The translations under genes and the position numbers were made by a program. The notes below the pieces were generated by a model. The model was not told the DNA's origin, did no database searches, and saw only the letters and a program-made list of their open reading frames with translations. Shown piece after piece: positions 1 to 11,141 of a DNA stretch of 64,000 nt. Location of the stretch: assembly GCA_033763845.1 (NCBI GenBank), contig JANRJR010000004.1, forward strand, positions 22,095 through 86,094, written 5' to 3'. Numbering within the stretch: the stretch's first letter is position 1; every line of letters begins with the position of its first letter. The DNA is from Gammaproteobacteria bacterium (GTDB taxonomy: Bacteria; Pseudomonadota; Gammaproteobacteria; DASZBR01).

Positions 1-1992
1 AACAACGAGGATTTACGAACTCACGTCTTAATTTTTGGTTCAACCGGAAGTGGTAAAACTGAAGCATTAGTTTCATTAGCCTACAATTCACTGCTTCAAG
101 GAAGTGGTTTCATTTACATCGACGGTAAAGGTGATAACGCATTATTTTATAAAATTTTTAGCATGGTTCGTTCCATGGGACGAGAAGATGACATGTTGTT
201 AGTCAATTTTATGACAGGTGCGCGAGATATTGTTGGTCCTCAATTAACGCGTATTTCGAATACGATGAATCCTTTCGCCAGTGGTTCATCAAGTATGTTG
301 TCACAATTAGCGGTGAGCATGATGGATGCAAGCAGTGCATCAGCTGATGGTGATATGTGGAAAGGTCGTGCAATCGTATTCGTTGAATCTTTAATGAAAG
401 TTTTGGTGTATATGCGTGATAAGGGCCATTTATTATTGGATGCCAACACAATTCGTAACTATTTTATTCTTGAACGTCTTGAAGCCATGGCAATGGATAA
501 ACAATTTATTCGAGATAATGCAGAGCCTGTTGATTTATCTGATGCACCAACAACTGTATTAGAGCCCATTATTAACTATGTAATTAACTTACCAGGTTAT
601 GACAAATCTCGAAAAGGAAAACAGGTTTCGCAAGTATTAGAACAGCACGGATTTATTACGATGCAGTTAACCCGTGTGTTTGGATCGTTTGCTGATACAT
701 ATGGTCATATTATGCGAACAAATTTGGCTGAAGTGGATTTTAAAGATATTGTTTTAAATCGTCGTATTTTGGTGGTGTTATTACCCGCATTGGAAAAATC
801 TCCGGACGAATTAGCAAACTTAGGAAAAATTATTATTGCGTCATTGAAAGCCATGATGGCAGCAGGATTAGGTGATACCGTAGAAGGTGAATACCGTGAT
901 TTAATTAAACGAAAACCAACGAATTCTCCTACGCCATTTGTTTCGATTATGGATGAATACGGTTATTACGCCGTAAAAGGTTTTGCTGTAGTTCCTGCTC
1001 AGGCACGTTCGCTAGGATTTTCTGCGGTATTTGCCGGACAAGATTTACCTGCATTCCAAAAGGCGTCTAAAGAAGAAGCGGCATCTATTGGTGCTAATAC
1101 CAATATTAAAATTTGTATGAAGCTAGAAGATCCCACAGAAACATGGGAATTTTTCATGAAATCTGCGGGTGAAGCGTATGTGACGAAAGTTGATGCATTC
1201 CAAACGCGGCCGGACAGTATTTTTAATACCTATATGGATACGCGAAGCTCTTCTGCTGAAAAACGTTCCCGAATTGATTTGTTGGATTTGAAAGAACAAG
1301 GAGTGGGTGAAGCCCACATTTTATTTAAGTCACGTATTATTCGCGCAAAAATGTTTTATGCTGATCCAACACCGACGAAATCATCTCGTTTAAATCAGCT
1401 TTTAAAGGTTGCGCCGCCCAGTGAAGATGTCTTGCTGGAAATGGAAGCGCGTCGAGAGAAGTTTAAAGCGGTTGCTCAAAAACAAAGTTATTATTCAAAA
1501 GGTGTCGCACCCAGTGATGAAATTAATACCATTGTTCAAGACTTAACTGAAAGTGGGATTGAAGATCCGATTGAACGTGGAATCTCAGCGTTATTAGCGC
1601 ATTTTAATCGTGCACATGGTACGCGAGCACCTGAAGTTGAAGAAGTGGATGTTGATCTCTCTAAGCTTAATATGTTTACTAAATTAAGAGTGATTGAATC
1701 GGATAAGCGTTTTATTATTACTGATGATATGGAGCGCTTTGGTCAGCCGTTATTAAGCAAGAAAAAAACACATGAATTCGTGGTTTCACTCGAACGCGCC
1801 GCTGGAAAAGCTGACAAGTATTCATTAAGTATAGCCGATGAGGTTGTGAAGGATATCGAAAGTGCAACTGTGTATCCGCCGATTATTCAAGATAAAATTA
1901 CTGCTTCTGAGTTAACTAGTGTGATTAATGAGTTAGTGAAAAGCATTATCAAGGAACGTGAAAATGCAGAAAAAGGAAGCACTACTACCTAG
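1..1992 (+). CDS. icmO: Dot/Icm type IVB secretion coupling protein DotL/IcmO (5' end outside window)
   Basis: Frame 1 is open from base 1 (NNEDLRTHVLIFGSTGSGKTEALVSL, Walker A) to TAG at 1990-1992. Long blocks match my memory of Legionella DotL: MVRSMGREDD, DGDMWKGRAI, VLEQHGFITMQL, ILVVLLPALEKSPDEL, FAGQDLPAFQKASKEEAASIGANTNIKICMKLEDPTETW. Confidence 0.9.
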   Translation, partial: NNEDLRTHVLIFGSTGSGKTEALVSLAYNSLLQGSGFIYIDGKGDNALFYKIFSMVRSMGREDDMLLVNFMTGARDIVGPQLTRISNTMNPFASGSSSMLSQLAVSMMDASSASADGDMWKGRAIVFVESLMKVLVYMRDKGHLLLDANTIRNYFILERLEAMAMDKQFIRDNAEPVDLSDAPTTVLEPIINYVINLPGYDKSRKGKQVSQVLEQHGFITMQLTRVFGSFADTYGHIMRTNLAEVDFKDIVLNRRILVVLLPALEKSPDELANLGKIIIASLKAMMAAGLGDTVEGEYRDLIKRKPTNSPTPFVSIMDEYGYYAVKGFAVVPAQARSLGFSAVFAGQDLPAFQKASKEEAASIGANTNIKICMKLEDPTETWEFFMKSAGEAYVTKVDAFQTRPDSIFNTYMDTRSSSAEKRSRIDLLDLKEQGVGEAHILFKSRIIRAKMFYADPTPTKSSRLNQLLKVAPPSEDVLLEMEARREKFKAVAQKQSYYSKGVAPSDEINTIVQDLTESGIEDPIERGISALLAHFNRAHGTRAPEVEEVDVDLSKLNMFTKLRVIESDKRFIITDDMERFGQPLLSKKKTHEFVVSLERAAGKADKYSLSIADEVVKDIESATVYPPIIQDKITASELTSVINELVKSIIKERENAEKGSTTT

Positions 1993-2665
1993 CGTATTCA
2001 TCACGGGCGCGAAATCAGGGCTGGGGAAAGTAACAGCAGAGCATTTTTTATCTTTGGGTGCTCGAGTTTTTGCCGCAGATATTGATAATTGTGATGTGAC
2101 TAATTTTTCTACGGTTTCAAAATTTGTTGATTCACTTCCTGAAATTCCGCGTATTTGGGTCAATTGCGCAGGTGTTGTTCATGCGAAACGTGTGATTAAA
2201 ATGTCGCCTGACGAATTTAAAAATATTATTAATATTAATTTGATTGGAACGTTTAATGTAATTAAGTGTGCGGTAAATAAGTTATCGTCTCTAGAAGAAA
2301 TCCAAAATGGTGAACGTGGAGTAATTATTAATACTGCATCGATCGCTTCGTCCGAAGGTCAGGTTGGGCAAGTCGCGTATTCCGCATCTAAAGCGGGTGT
2401 TGTAGGCATGACTTTGCCACTTGCAAGAGAACTAGCTTCATTGGGGATTCGTGTGGTGACAATTGCACCTGGTGTAATGGATACACCGATGTCGAATCAA
2501 ATTTCAGAAGCCGTCAAAAATAATTTAATTAATAACGTACCGTTTCCTAAACGTTTAGGAAAGCCTCAAGAGTTTGCGCTGTTAGTTCAACATATTGTTG
2601 AGAATCATTATCTTAATGGTGAAGTAATTCGATTAGACGGTGCGCTTCGAATGGCAGCAATATAA
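1964..2665 (+). CDS. Short-chain dehydrogenase/reductase, 3-hydroxyacyl-CoA dehydrogenase type II-like
   Basis: Has TGxxxGxG (ITGAKSGLG), a YSASK catalytic motif and the C-terminal NGEVIRLDGALRM block typical of HSD17B10-like SDRs. The track start at 1958 is GTG. ATG at 1964 lies 7 nt after AAGGAA (1951-1956). The start sits inside the icmO 3' end. Confidence 0.8.
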   Translation: MQKKEALLPSVFITGAKSGLGKVTAEHFLSLGARVFAADIDNCDVTNFSTVSKFVDSLPEIPRIWVNCAGVVHAKRVIKMSPDEFKNIININLIGTFNVIKCAVNKLSSLEEIQNGERGVIINTASIASSEGQVGQVAYSASKAGVVGMTLPLARELASLGIRVVTIAPGVMDTPMSNQISEAVKNNLINNVPFPKRLGKPQEFALLVQHIVENHYLNGEVIRLDGALRMAAI

Positions 2666-4161
2666 ATTATTGTTGAGAAAATAAATATGGCAACAAAATC
2701 CCAACCAAAGCTTAATTTATTATCCCCTCCAAATGTTCCAAAGTAAGAAAATACGGTTAATCCGAGTAAATAGGGGATTAACCACTTTGCTGTATTTTTT
2801 GTAGCCTTCGTTCGTAAATGTTTTTGTGAGCGTAGTTGATACAAGAAAACTGCTGCGCCAATTAATACCGTTACCATGAGACGCCACACTGTTTCCCAAC
2901 CTGTCCAAAATACCAATAAATTACAAATATAAAATCCCAGTAGCGCAAAAAGATTTCCGCACGGTAATTCAAACGCGTTTTTAGTGGTTAACTGTTTGCG
3001 CAATGGAATTAATGCAAGCGGACCTATACTGTAAGAAATCACAAAGCACGACACAATAAATCCCATCATTTTTTGCCAGGTTGGAAAGGGTAGAAATAAA
3101 AATAAACCAATTAAATAATTGCAAATCAAGCCTCTCCAAGGAACACCGCTCTTGTTAAGGTGTGCAAAAAAATCAGGGAAAAATCCTATTTTTGATAACG
3201 CATAATTTACGCGACTTGTTGCTCCGGTGTAAATAAACGCTGTTCCAAATGGGGAGATAATCGCGCCAATGTAAATAAATACAATTAACCAGGTCAGTTG
3301 TAATGCATCTGCAATGGCAGCAAAAGGACCGGTTGTTTTTGCGCCAAAATTTAAATGTGCCCAACCGTTCGCAACATCACTTCCATCAAGACTTCCAATG
3401 AACGCCACTTGGAGTAATACATATATAATGGCACAAATAAATACCGAACCTAAAATCGCAATCGGTAATGCTTTTTTAGGATTTTCAGCTTCGGCTGCCA
3501 TTTGAATGGCAGGGCTATTTCCAATGTAAGAGAACACAACACCACCCAGTGGTAGAGCAGCGAGAACACCGTGCCATCCATAAGGTAAAAAACCATTGAA
3601 ATGATGAAAATTATTAACATTAAAATGGACTAATAATAACGTTGTTAAGACAATTAATGGCACAGCGAGTTTCACGATTACAAATCCTGAGCTTAAACGG
3701 CTAAATAATTTTGCACCGAACTGATTAATGTACACCATGAAAAACATTAAAAAAGCTGCGGTAAAAAAGCCTTTGTGTGTGAGCACCGTTGCATGATGAA
3801 CGCGTTGCACTAAAGAAGGAAAATATTCAGCGGTATATTTTAAAAGCGCTAATGTTTCAATGGGCGCAACTACGACACTCGAAACCCATACTAACCAACC
3901 TACGGTAAAGCTCATTAGTGGGCCATGGCTTTTTTCAGCATATTGAACCATGCCGCCAGCAACAGGGGAGTTGGCAGCCAGCTCTGCGAACGCAAATCCA
4001 ATGACAGTCATTAATATTGCGCCCACTACCCAAGCAAGTACTGCTGCAGGACCTGAAATTTTTGCGACGTACATTGGGCCAAACAACCAACCGGATCCCA
4101 TGATTCCGCCAATTGCCGTAAATAATAACGCATAGATACTGATTGAGCGTTTAAATGCCAT
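2608..4161 (-). CDS. APC-superfamily amino acid permease
   Basis: 517-aa ORF with many hydrophobic segments. The N-terminal AIGGIMGSGWLFGP block is typical of APC amino-acid transporters. Its 3' end overlaps the convergent SDR gene by 58 nt. Confidence 0.8.
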   Translation of the reverse strand: MAFKRSISIYALLFTAIGGIMGSGWLFGPMYVAKISGPAAVLAWVVGAILMTVIGFAFAELAANSPVAGGMVQYAEKSHGPLMSFTVGWLVWVSSVVVAPIETLALLKYTAEYFPSLVQRVHHATVLTHKGFFTAAFLMFFMVYINQFGAKLFSRLSSGFVIVKLAVPLIVLTTLLLVHFNVNNFHHFNGFLPYGWHGVLAALPLGGVVFSYIGNSPAIQMAAEAENPKKALPIAILGSVFICAIIYVLLQVAFIGSLDGSDVANGWAHLNFGAKTTGPFAAIADALQLTWLIVFIYIGAIISPFGTAFIYTGATSRVNYALSKIGFFPDFFAHLNKSGVPWRGLICNYLIGLFLFLPFPTWQKMMGFIVSCFVISYSIGPLALIPLRKQLTTKNAFELPCGNLFALLGFYICNLLVFWTGWETVWRLMVTVLIGAAVFLYQLRSQKHLRTKATKNTAKWLIPYLLGLTVFSYFGTFGGDNKLSFGWDFVAIFIFSTIIYIAAIRSAPSNRITSPLR

Positions 4162-4191
4162 AACGAGATCCTTTGTGAGGGAAAATAAATG

Positions 4192-5034
4192 TCATAACTT
4201 AAGATAGGTGTCAGTGCCGAGAATTTTTTCACGCTCATCAAAACTGGTTAATTCTTTATCTATTTCCATAGAATTACCTGTTTTATGAATAACGCCAAGT
4301 GTTTTTTGCATGGCTTTGATAGCCGCGCGTTGTAGATCCGAAGGAACAATGACGATACTAAATCCTAATGATTCTAATGTCTTGAGTGGAACAACTGGCG
4401 TTTTACCGCCGTGAAACATATTAATTAATTTAAAGCCCTTAATTTTTACTGCAATTAATTCAATCTGTTCAAGAGAAGTAGGGGCTTCGATAAAAATCAT
4501 GTCTGCGCCGGCATTTTGATAGGCGAGTGCTCTGTCTATTGCTGAATCAATATTTTCTGCGCCAATTGCATCAGTTCGGGCGATGATTAAAAAGTCTGGA
4601 TTTTTTTTGGATTGCTGAGCCACTTTAATTTTATGGCACATTTCTTCTTTTGAAATCAGTGTTTTGTTATCCAAATGGCCACAGCGTTTAGGAAAAGTTT
4701 GATCTTCGATGTGAATACCTGCCACGCCAATATTTTCAAATTCTCTGACTGTGCGAGCCATATTAATAGCATTCCCGAAGCCGGTATCAGCATCGGCGAT
4801 GACAGGAAGTTGAGTGACACTGACGATGTGTGAAACTTGTGTGATGATTTCACTGAGGGTTAAAAGTCCTAAATCAGGGTAGCCAGCACTTCGGGCGATA
4901 GCACCTCCGCTAGCATAAAGAAGGGGAAAGCCTGCTTGTTTTGCAAGAAGTCCTGAGAGGCCATCATAGACGCCAGGTGCTACGAGTGTCTTTTTAACAT
5001 TAAGGAGTTGTCGCATTTTTTGCACATTTTGCAT
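4192..5034 (-). CDS. Isocitrate lyase/PEP mutase family protein (2-methylisocitrate lyase-like)
   Basis: Family blocks DADTGFG, FPKRCGHLD (K-R-C-G-H) and IIARTDA are present. The track ORF runs up to 5319, but that extension overlaps ribF and has no family-like sequence. ATG at 5034 (MQNVQKMRQLL) precedes the conserved core. Confidence 0.75.
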   Translation of the reverse strand: MQNVQKMRQLLNVKKTLVAPGVYDGLSGLLAKQAGFPLLYASGGAIARSAGYPDLGLLTLSEIITQVSHIVSVTQLPVIADADTGFGNAINMARTVREFENIGVAGIHIEDQTFPKRCGHLDNKTLISKEEMCHKIKVAQQSKKNPDFLIIARTDAIGAENIDSAIDRALAYQNAGADMIFIEAPTSLEQIELIAVKIKGFKLINMFHGGKTPVVPLKTLESLGFSIVIVPSDLQRAAIKAMQKTLGVIHKTGNSMEIDKELTSFDEREKILGTDTYLKL

Positions 5035-5084
5035 CGTTATCGTCCCTAGTTCGCGTATAATCTCCGGGTTGAGGAGGAAATGCT

Positions 5085-5945
5085 GTGAGCGTGGTTTTGG
5101 CCCGTAGACCGAGTTCATCTTATTATCAAAGACCAGTGGTTGCAATTGGCAACTTTGATGGGCTGCATCTTGGACATCAAGCACTACTTCAAAAGGCGTC
5201 AGTTGTTTTAACGTTTGAACCTTATCCTCAAACGTATTTTCATCCAGAACGAATACTACCAAGATTAACGACATTGCGTGAAAAATCCCATTTTCTCGAA
5301 AAAATGGGACCCCAGGCATTGTATGCTCTGCCGTTTGATCAAAATACCGCGAAATTATTGCCAGATGATTTCATTCAAAAGATATTAATAAGTCAGTTAC
5401 ACGCTGAAAAAATTATTGTTGGCGAGGATTTTAGATTTGGTTATCAGCGTCAAGGCGATATCAATACCTTGAGAAATTATATTGATCTAGATGTTGTAAA
5501 TCCTGTCTTATATCAACAAAAACGCATTAGTAGCACATGGGTACGGGAGTGTTTACAAACGGGTGATGTAAATACAGTAAAGGATTTGTTAGGCCGTTAT
5601 TATTCTATAATAGGCCGTGTGGTGAAGGGCGATGGCCGCGGGCGACAAATGGGATTTCACACCGCAAATATTTCATTACAAAAACGCTTGCCACCATTAC
5701 TGGGTGTTTATGCCGTTAACATCAATCATACTTTAAAGGGGGTAGCGAATATTGGTTCACGTCCAACCGTGGATGGAAGACGACACTTTCTTGAAGTTCA
5801 TATTTTTGATTTTGATAAAGATATCTATGGCGAGTACATTGAAGTTGAGTTTGTCCATAAAATTCGAGATGAAAAGAAGTTTGATTCATTGAACGCTTTA
5901 CAAGAGCAGATTAAACTAGATATCCAATTAGCCAGAGACTTATGA
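5085..5945 (+). CDS. ribF: Bifunctional riboflavin kinase / FMN adenylyltransferase
   Basis: GTG start preceded by GAGGAGG (5071-5077). Has the [12 protein letters not shown] nucleotidyltransferase motif and the C-terminal riboflavin-kinase blocks [20 protein letters not shown] and GSRPTVDG. Confidence 0.9.
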   Translation: MSVVLARRPSSSYYQRPVVAIGNFDGLHLGHQALLQKASVVLTFEPYPQTYFHPERILPRLTTLREKSHFLEKMGPQALYALPFDQNTAKLLPDDFIQKILISQLHAEKIIVGEDFRFGYQRQGDINTLRNYIDLDVVNPVLYQQKRISSTWVRECLQTGDVNTVKDLLGRYYSIIGRVVKGDGRGRQMGFHTANISLQKRLPPLLGVYAVNINHTLKGVANIGSRPTVDGRRHFLEVHIFDFDKDIYGEYIEVEFVHKIRDEKKFDSLNALQEQIKLDIQLARDL

Positions 5946-8635
5946 CAATGGATTACAAACAAACACTAAATTTACCGACGACTGAATTTCCCATGAAAGC
6001 CAGTCTTTCCCAGCGTGAGCCGGAATTTTTAAGACAATGGGAAGAGAAAAAAATATATCAACAGATTCGTGAAGTACGAAAGAATCAAAAAAAGTTTGTA
6101 TTACACGACGGTCCTCCGTATGCGAATGGCAATATTCATATTGGTCATGCGGTTAATAAAATTCTGAAAGATATTGTCGTCAAATCTCAAACGTTAGAAG
6201 GATGTGATGCGCCCTATATTCCGGGCTGGGATTGTCATGGATTGCCGATTGAATTAAACGTTGAGAAAAAATTTGGCAAGGCAGGTGAAAAATTAAACCC
6301 AACAGAATTTCGCCAGAAATGCCGTGAATATGCACAAGAGCAAGTGAATATTCAACGTAAAGAGTTTAAGCGACTGGGAATATTGGGTGATTGGGAAAAT
6401 CCGTATTTAACCATGGATTTTAAATTCGAAGCGAATATCTTGCGCGCATTATCAAAAATTATTCAAAATAATCATCTGGTGCAGGGTTTTAAACCTGTTC
6501 ATTGGTGTATTGATTGTCGTTCTGCATTAGCTGAAGCCGAAGTGGAATATCAAAACAAACAATCTCCCGCGATTGATATTAAATTCCGTGTTGTAGATTC
6601 AGATTGGATTATCCCTGTATGGACAACAACACCATGGACATTGCCAGCCAACGAAGCCGTTGCACTGAATCCAGATCATGTTTATGTTTTAGTCGATACA
6701 GGGGCTGAGAGATTAATTATCGTTAAAGCATTACTTGAAAGTTGTATGAATAGATTTGGCGTGAATAACTTCAAAATTATTCAAGAGCTGAAAAAGCCAG
6801 ACTTAGAAAATTTAAAAGTTTATCATCCATTTTATGATAAAACCGTTCCTGTAATATTTGGTCACCATGTGACATTGGATACAGGTACTGGTGCTGTGCA
6901 TACTGCACCCGCACACGGTATCGAAGATTATGAAGTGGGGCAGCATTATAAATTACCGATGAATAATCCTGTTGGTGATAACGGTTGTTTTGTAAATTCA
7001 ACGCCTGTTTTTGCAGAGAAATTTATCTTCAAGGCCAATCAAGACATTATTGAACTTTTAAGAGAAAAAAATAATTTAATTTTTGAAGAAAAAATAGAAC
7101 ACAGCTATCCGCATTGTTGGCGACATAAAACACCCGTTATTTTTAGAGCGACGCCGCAGTGGTTTATCAGCATGGATAAAAATAAATTGCGTGATAATAC
7201 CTTGACTGAAATTAAAAAAACACAATGGTTACCAGCGTGGGGTGAACAACGCATGGAAGGTATGATTCAAGACAGGTCGGATTGGTGTGTCTCGCGTCAA
7301 CGACAATGGTGTGTGCCGATGGGATTGGTCGTGCATAAAGAAACCAAACAATTACATCCTGAAATGGCCAAGCTTACTGAGGAAATTGCACTTAAAATAG
7401 AACAGTCGGGAATTGAAGCATGGTACGAATGGAAATGTCCTGATAACAACTATGAAAAAATTAATGATACTTTGGATGTTTGGTTTGATTCAGGTGTGAC
7501 ACATTATGCGGTACTGCATGATCATCAAGCGGATTTATATCTTGAGGGCACTGATCAATATCGAGGTTGGTTTCAGTCATCATTATTAACGTCAGTTGCG
7601 ATGAAAAATAAAGCGCCTTATAAAGAAGTTTTAACGCATGGTTTTACGGTCGATGAAAAAGGCCGCAAAATGTCGAAATCTATCGGCAATGTGGTTGCAC
7701 CTGAAAAAGTGATCGGTACATTGGGTGCAGATATTTTACGCTTATGGGTGGCGGCGACCGATTATCGTTCAGAAATGGCGGTGTCTGATGAAATTTTGAA
7801 GCGCACGGGTGAAGCGTATCGCCGTATTAGAAATACCGCCAGATTTTTGCTCGCTAATTTGCACGACTTTAATCCTGCTGAAAATTTATTAGAATCATCA
7901 GATCTATTAAGCTTGGACGTATGGATTCTCCAAAAAGCCAAAGATTTACAAGCAAAAATTAAACAAGCCTATACGGAATATCAATTCCATATTATTTATC
8001 AAGAGTTGCATAATTTTTGTATTGTCGAGCTGGGCGGGTTTTATTTAGATATCATTAAAGACCGCCAATATACGATGCAAAAAAATAGTCAGGGCAGACG
8101 TTCTGCGCAAACTGCAATATTTCATATTTTAAATGCGTTGGTTCGGTGGATCGCGCCGATTTTGAGTTTTACGGCGGAAGAAATTTGGTCATTTATGCCC
8201 TTTGCTCAAGATATGCCTGAGTCGGTATTCCTAACAGAATATTATAATTTCCCAGAATTTACGGTAGATAATATTAACTTTGATAAATTAGTAGTGTTGC
8301 GTGAGAGTGTAAATAGGGAGTTAGAGAATAAACGTAATGAAAAAATTATTGGTTCAGGATTAGAAGCTGTTGTGCATATTCTTGCACCAGAAGAATATTA
8401 TGCTGAATTAATTAAATTAAAAGACGAGTTGAGATTTGTATGGATTACCTCAGCAGCGACTATTGAAAAAGCATCTGAACTTAAAATTACGGTAACAGGT
8501 TTAGATTATAAGAAGTGTTCTCGATGCTGGCATCGACGTGAGGATGTTGGATACGATAAATCGCACTCTGATATTTGTACGCGTTGTGTAGATAATTTGC
8601 CTGAAGGTAAAGGAGAAGTGAGACAGTATGCCTAA
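5942..8635 (+). CDS. ileS: Isoleucine--tRNA ligase
   Basis: Has the class I HIGH region ([12 protein letters not shown]), [15 protein letters not shown], and C-terminal zinc knuckles CSRCWH...CTRC. The start overlaps the ribF stop (ATGA). An alternative ATG lies at 5948. Confidence 0.95.
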   Translation: MTMDYKQTLNLPTTEFPMKASLSQREPEFLRQWEEKKIYQQIREVRKNQKKFVLHDGPPYANGNIHIGHAVNKILKDIVVKSQTLEGCDAPYIPGWDCHGLPIELNVEKKFGKAGEKLNPTEFRQKCREYAQEQVNIQRKEFKRLGILGDWENPYLTMDFKFEANILRALSKIIQNNHLVQGFKPVHWCIDCRSALAEAEVEYQNKQSPAIDIKFRVVDSDWIIPVWTTTPWTLPANEAVALNPDHVYVLVDTGAERLIIVKALLESCMNRFGVNNFKIIQELKKPDLENLKVYHPFYDKTVPVIFGHHVTLDTGTGAVHTAPAHGIEDYEVGQHYKLPMNNPVGDNGCFVNSTPVFAEKFIFKANQDIIELLREKNNLIFEEKIEHSYPHCWRHKTPVIFRATPQWFISMDKNKLRDNTLTEIKKTQWLPAWGEQRMEGMIQDRSDWCVSRQRQWCVPMGLVVHKETKQLHPEMAKLTEEIALKIEQSGIEAWYEWKCPDNNYEKINDTLDVWFDSGVTHYAVLHDHQADLYLEGTDQYRGWFQSSLLTSVAMKNKAPYKEVLTHGFTVDEKGRKMSKSIGNVVAPEKVIGTLGADILRLWVAATDYRSEMAVSDEILKRTGEAYRRIRNTARFLLANLHDFNPAENLLESSDLLSLDVWILQKAKDLQAKIKQAYTEYQFHIIYQELHNFCIVELGGFYLDIIKDRQYTMQKNSQGRRSAQTAIFHILNALVRWIAPILSFTAEEIWSFMPFAQDMPESVFLTEYYNFPEFTVDNINFDKLVVLRESVNRELENKRNEKIIGSGLEAVVHILAPEEYYAELIKLKDELRFVWITSAATIEKASELKITVTGLDYKKCSRCWHRREDVGYDKSHSDICTRCVDNLPEGKGEVRQYA

Positions 8636-9089
8636 ATTGCACTATGCACGTTGGTTATTGTTAAGTTTTTTAGTGATTGTATTGGATCAACTTTCAAAGT
8701 GGTATGCAGTAGCGCATTTGCAATTACAGATACCCGTTGAAGTGAATCCCTACTTTAATTGGTATTTAGATTATAACCACGGAGCTGCGTGGAGTTTTCT
8801 AGCGGATGAATCGGGTTGGCAGCGTTGGGTGTTATCAGGGTTTTCAGCGGTAATTTCAGTTGTAATTTTATTTTTATTGAAACGATCTTCGCCTCAGCAC
8901 AAGGCAGCTAATACGGGTTTGGCATTAATTTTGGGTGGTGCAATTGGTAATTTAATTGAACGTATTCATCCAGGCGTGGTTACGGATTTTATTCAATGGC
9001 ATATCGGAAATCACTATTGGCCGACGTTTAATCTTGCTGACAGTGCAGTGTGTATAGGCGCGGTAATTTATATTTGGGGAATCAAATGA
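8628..9089 (+). CDS. lspA: Lipoprotein signal peptidase II
   Basis: 153-aa membrane protein with NHGAAWSF and FNLADS motifs. It occupies the conserved ileS-lspA position. Confidence 0.9.
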   Translation: MPKLHYARWLLLSFLVIVLDQLSKWYAVAHLQLQIPVEVNPYFNWYLDYNHGAAWSFLADESGWQRWVLSGFSAVISVVILFLLKRSSPQHKAANTGLALILGGAIGNLIERIHPGVVTDFIQWHIGNHYWPTFNLADSAVCIGAVIYIWGIK

Positions 9090-10411
9090 CAAGTTCTTCT
9101 TTAATGATGATTTCGCCACTCGATGGGCGTTATGCTGAAAAAACAAAAATACTGAACGGTGTTTTCAGTGAATTTGCGTTAATGCGTTACCGCCTTTTAG
9201 TGGAAGTTTGTTGGCTTGAATATTTACAGCCTGATATAGAACTCGAAAAGCTTTTTCTTGATTTTGATGAAGATGACGCAGCTGAAATCAAAAAAATTGA
9301 ATCTAAAATTAACCATGACGTCAAAGCCGTCGAATATTTTATTAAATCAAAAATGGCCAAAAATCCCAAATTTAAGAAACATACAGAATGGGTACACTTT
9401 GGATGTACATCCGATGATATTAATAATTTAGCGTATGGATTAATGTTATCAACGGCACGTGATGAAGTGTTGCTTCCATTTTATCATGATCTGATTGATC
9501 AGCTCCGTGAGTTTTCTCATCGCTATGCAAAAATTCCCATGCTATCGCGTACACATGGACAATCAGCGACGCCAACAACAGTTGGTAAAGAATTTGCAAA
9601 TGTTGTTGCGCGTTTAGAATTACAAGTTTCGCGTTTTCAATCAGTGCAAATTATGGGCAAGCTAAATGGTGCTGTAGGAAATATGAACGCGCATCACGCT
9701 GTAATGCCTAAAAAAAATTGGTTGCAGCTCACAAAAGATTTCGTTGAAAATTTAGGTTTACATTATCAGGCGTACACAACGCAAATTGAACCGCATGATT
9801 ACATCGCAGAATTATTTCACGCAATTATGCGTATTAATACTATATTAGTCGATTTTTGTAGAGATATGTGGGCATATATTTCTTTGAGGTATTTTCAACA
9901 AAAATCAAATGCAAAAGAAGTAGGTTCATCAACGATGCCGCATAAAATTAATCCAATTGATTTTGAGAACGCCGAAGGTAATTTGTATATAGCAAATAGT
10001 ATTTTAGGATGTTTGGCAGACAAATTGCCTGTTTCTCGCTTTCAACGTGATTTAGTTGACTCGACATTGTTAAGAAATATGGGTGTCGGAATAGGTCACG
10101 CTGTAGTTGCATATCAATCTTTATTGAAGGGTTTATCTAAATTAGAAATTAATAAAGAAAAAATTCAGCAGGATTTAGACGACGCCTGGGAAGTGTTAGC
10201 TGAGCCGATTCAAATGGCAATGCGTATGGAGGGCATCGATGAGCCTTATGAAAAGCTCAAAAAGCTGACGCGTGGTAAAGCAATTACTAAAAAAATTCTG
10301 CATGATTTTATTGATGATCTAGAATTATCAAAAGAGGTAAAAGCTAAGCTTAAAAAGCTTACTCCTGCTGAGTATGTAGGATATGCAGAAGTATTGGCTG
10401 AAGCAATTTAG
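9086..10411 (+). CDS. purB: Adenylosuccinate lyase
   Basis: Has the SPLDGRYAEKT N-terminus and the fumarate-lyase signature GSSTMPHKINP. ATG at 9086 overlaps the lspA stop (ATGA). The track start at 9050 adds 12 non-conserved residues. Confidence 0.9.
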   Translation: MTSSSLMMISPLDGRYAEKTKILNGVFSEFALMRYRLLVEVCWLEYLQPDIELEKLFLDFDEDDAAEIKKIESKINHDVKAVEYFIKSKMAKNPKFKKHTEWVHFGCTSDDINNLAYGLMLSTARDEVLLPFYHDLIDQLREFSHRYAKIPMLSRTHGQSATPTTVGKEFANVVARLELQVSRFQSVQIMGKLNGAVGNMNAHHAVMPKKNWLQLTKDFVENLGLHYQAYTTQIEPHDYIAELFHAIMRINTILVDFCRDMWAYISLRYFQQKSNAKEVGSSTMPHKINPIDFENAEGNLYIANSILGCLADKLPVSRFQRDLVDSTLLRNMGVGIGHAVVAYQSLLKGLSKLEINKEKIQQDLDDAWEVLAEPIQMAMRMEGIDEPYEKLKKLTRGKAITKKILHDFIDDLELSKEVKAKLKKLTPAEYVGYAEVLAEAI

Positions 10412-10416
10412 TCATC

Positions 10417-10438
10417 GGGACGTGATATATTACGTCCC
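10417..10438. terminator. Stem-loop between convergent purB and rpsT (possible bidirectional terminator)
   Basis: GGGACGT (10417-10423) pairs with ACGTCCC (10432-10438) around an 8-nt loop. There is no clear U-tract on either strand. Confidence 0.4.
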
Positions 10439-10448
10439 CGCGGTTACT

Positions 10449-10718
10449 TTACTTCTTAACCAGCTTTTTTACGCGAGCATTCAAACGGCTCTTGGTGCGT
10501 GATGCTTTGTTCTTGTGAATTAAACCCTTTTTAGCAGACTTATCCAAGATAGACACGGTTTTGCGAAGTGTCGCATTGGCTTCAGCCAAATCACCTTTTT
10601 CAATGATTTTCAGAAGATTTTTGATGTGCGTACGCATTTCTGAGCGTTGGGCGGTATTACGTTGTCGGCGGGTTTCCGCTTGACGGGCACGTTTTTTTGC
10701 CTGTTTTGTATTGGCCAA
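10449..10718 (-). CDS. rpsT: 30S ribosomal protein S20
   Basis: ANTKQAKKRARQAETRRQRN is the canonical S20 N-terminus. TTG at 10718 lies 9 nt after AAGGAG. The track's upstream ATG (10736) overlaps that Shine-Dalgarno sequence and is probably not used. Confidence 0.9.
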   Translation of the reverse strand: MANTKQAKKRARQAETRRQRNTAQRSEMRTHIKNLLKIIEKGDLAEANATLRKTVSILDKSAKKGLIHKNKASRTKSRLNARVKKLVKK

Positions 10719-10782
10719 GAGAGGGTACTCCTTCATTTTCCTGTTAAAATTCAGGGCGGAATGATGCCGCCTTGGATAAAGC

Positions 10783-10812
10783 TTGTCAATGGTCTTGGCT
10801 GTCGTCTACAAT
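10783..10812 (+). promoter_or_regulatory. Putative sigma-70 promoter for rpsO-pnp
   Basis: TTGTCA (10783-10788), 18-nt spacer, TACAAT (10807-10812), about 40 nt upstream of the rpsO ATG. Confidence 0.35.
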
Positions 10813-10851
10813 GGCGTCCTTTATGAAATGATGATAGTTGAGGAGTTTTAG

Positions 10852-11115
10852 ATGACAGTAGCAGTAGAAGCATCGGCTAAGAAGTTTCAACGTGGTCCCA
10901 AAGATACTGGCTCACCTGAAGTTCAAATCGCATTGTTAACCAGCCGTATTAATGAGTTAACCGAACACTTAAAAACCCATTCTAAAGATAACCATTCCCG
11001 CCATGGTCTATTACAGATGGTCAGTAATCGTAGAAGTCTTTTGAAATATCTCAAATCTGAGAACGCAGAGATCTACAAAAAATTGATCGCTGAATTAAAT
11101 TTACGTGATCAGTAA
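10852..11115 (+). CDS. rpsO: 30S ribosomal protein S15
   Basis: 87 aa. Has [13 protein letters not shown]...[16 protein letters not shown], the S15 signature. The rpsO-pnp linkage is conserved. Confidence 0.95.
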   Translation: MTVAVEASAKKFQRGPKDTGSPEVQIALLTSRINELTEHLKTHSKDNHSRHGLLQMVSNRRSLLKYLKSENAEIYKKLIAELNLRDQ

Positions 11116-11141
11116 AAATTACTCCACACAAGGACATTCCT

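Noticed and set aside
5035-5319. N-terminal 95-residue extension of the PEP-mutase-family ORF given by the track
   Set aside because: The extension overlaps the well-supported ribF gene on the other strand and has no family-like sequence. The conserved core begins right after ATG at 5034.
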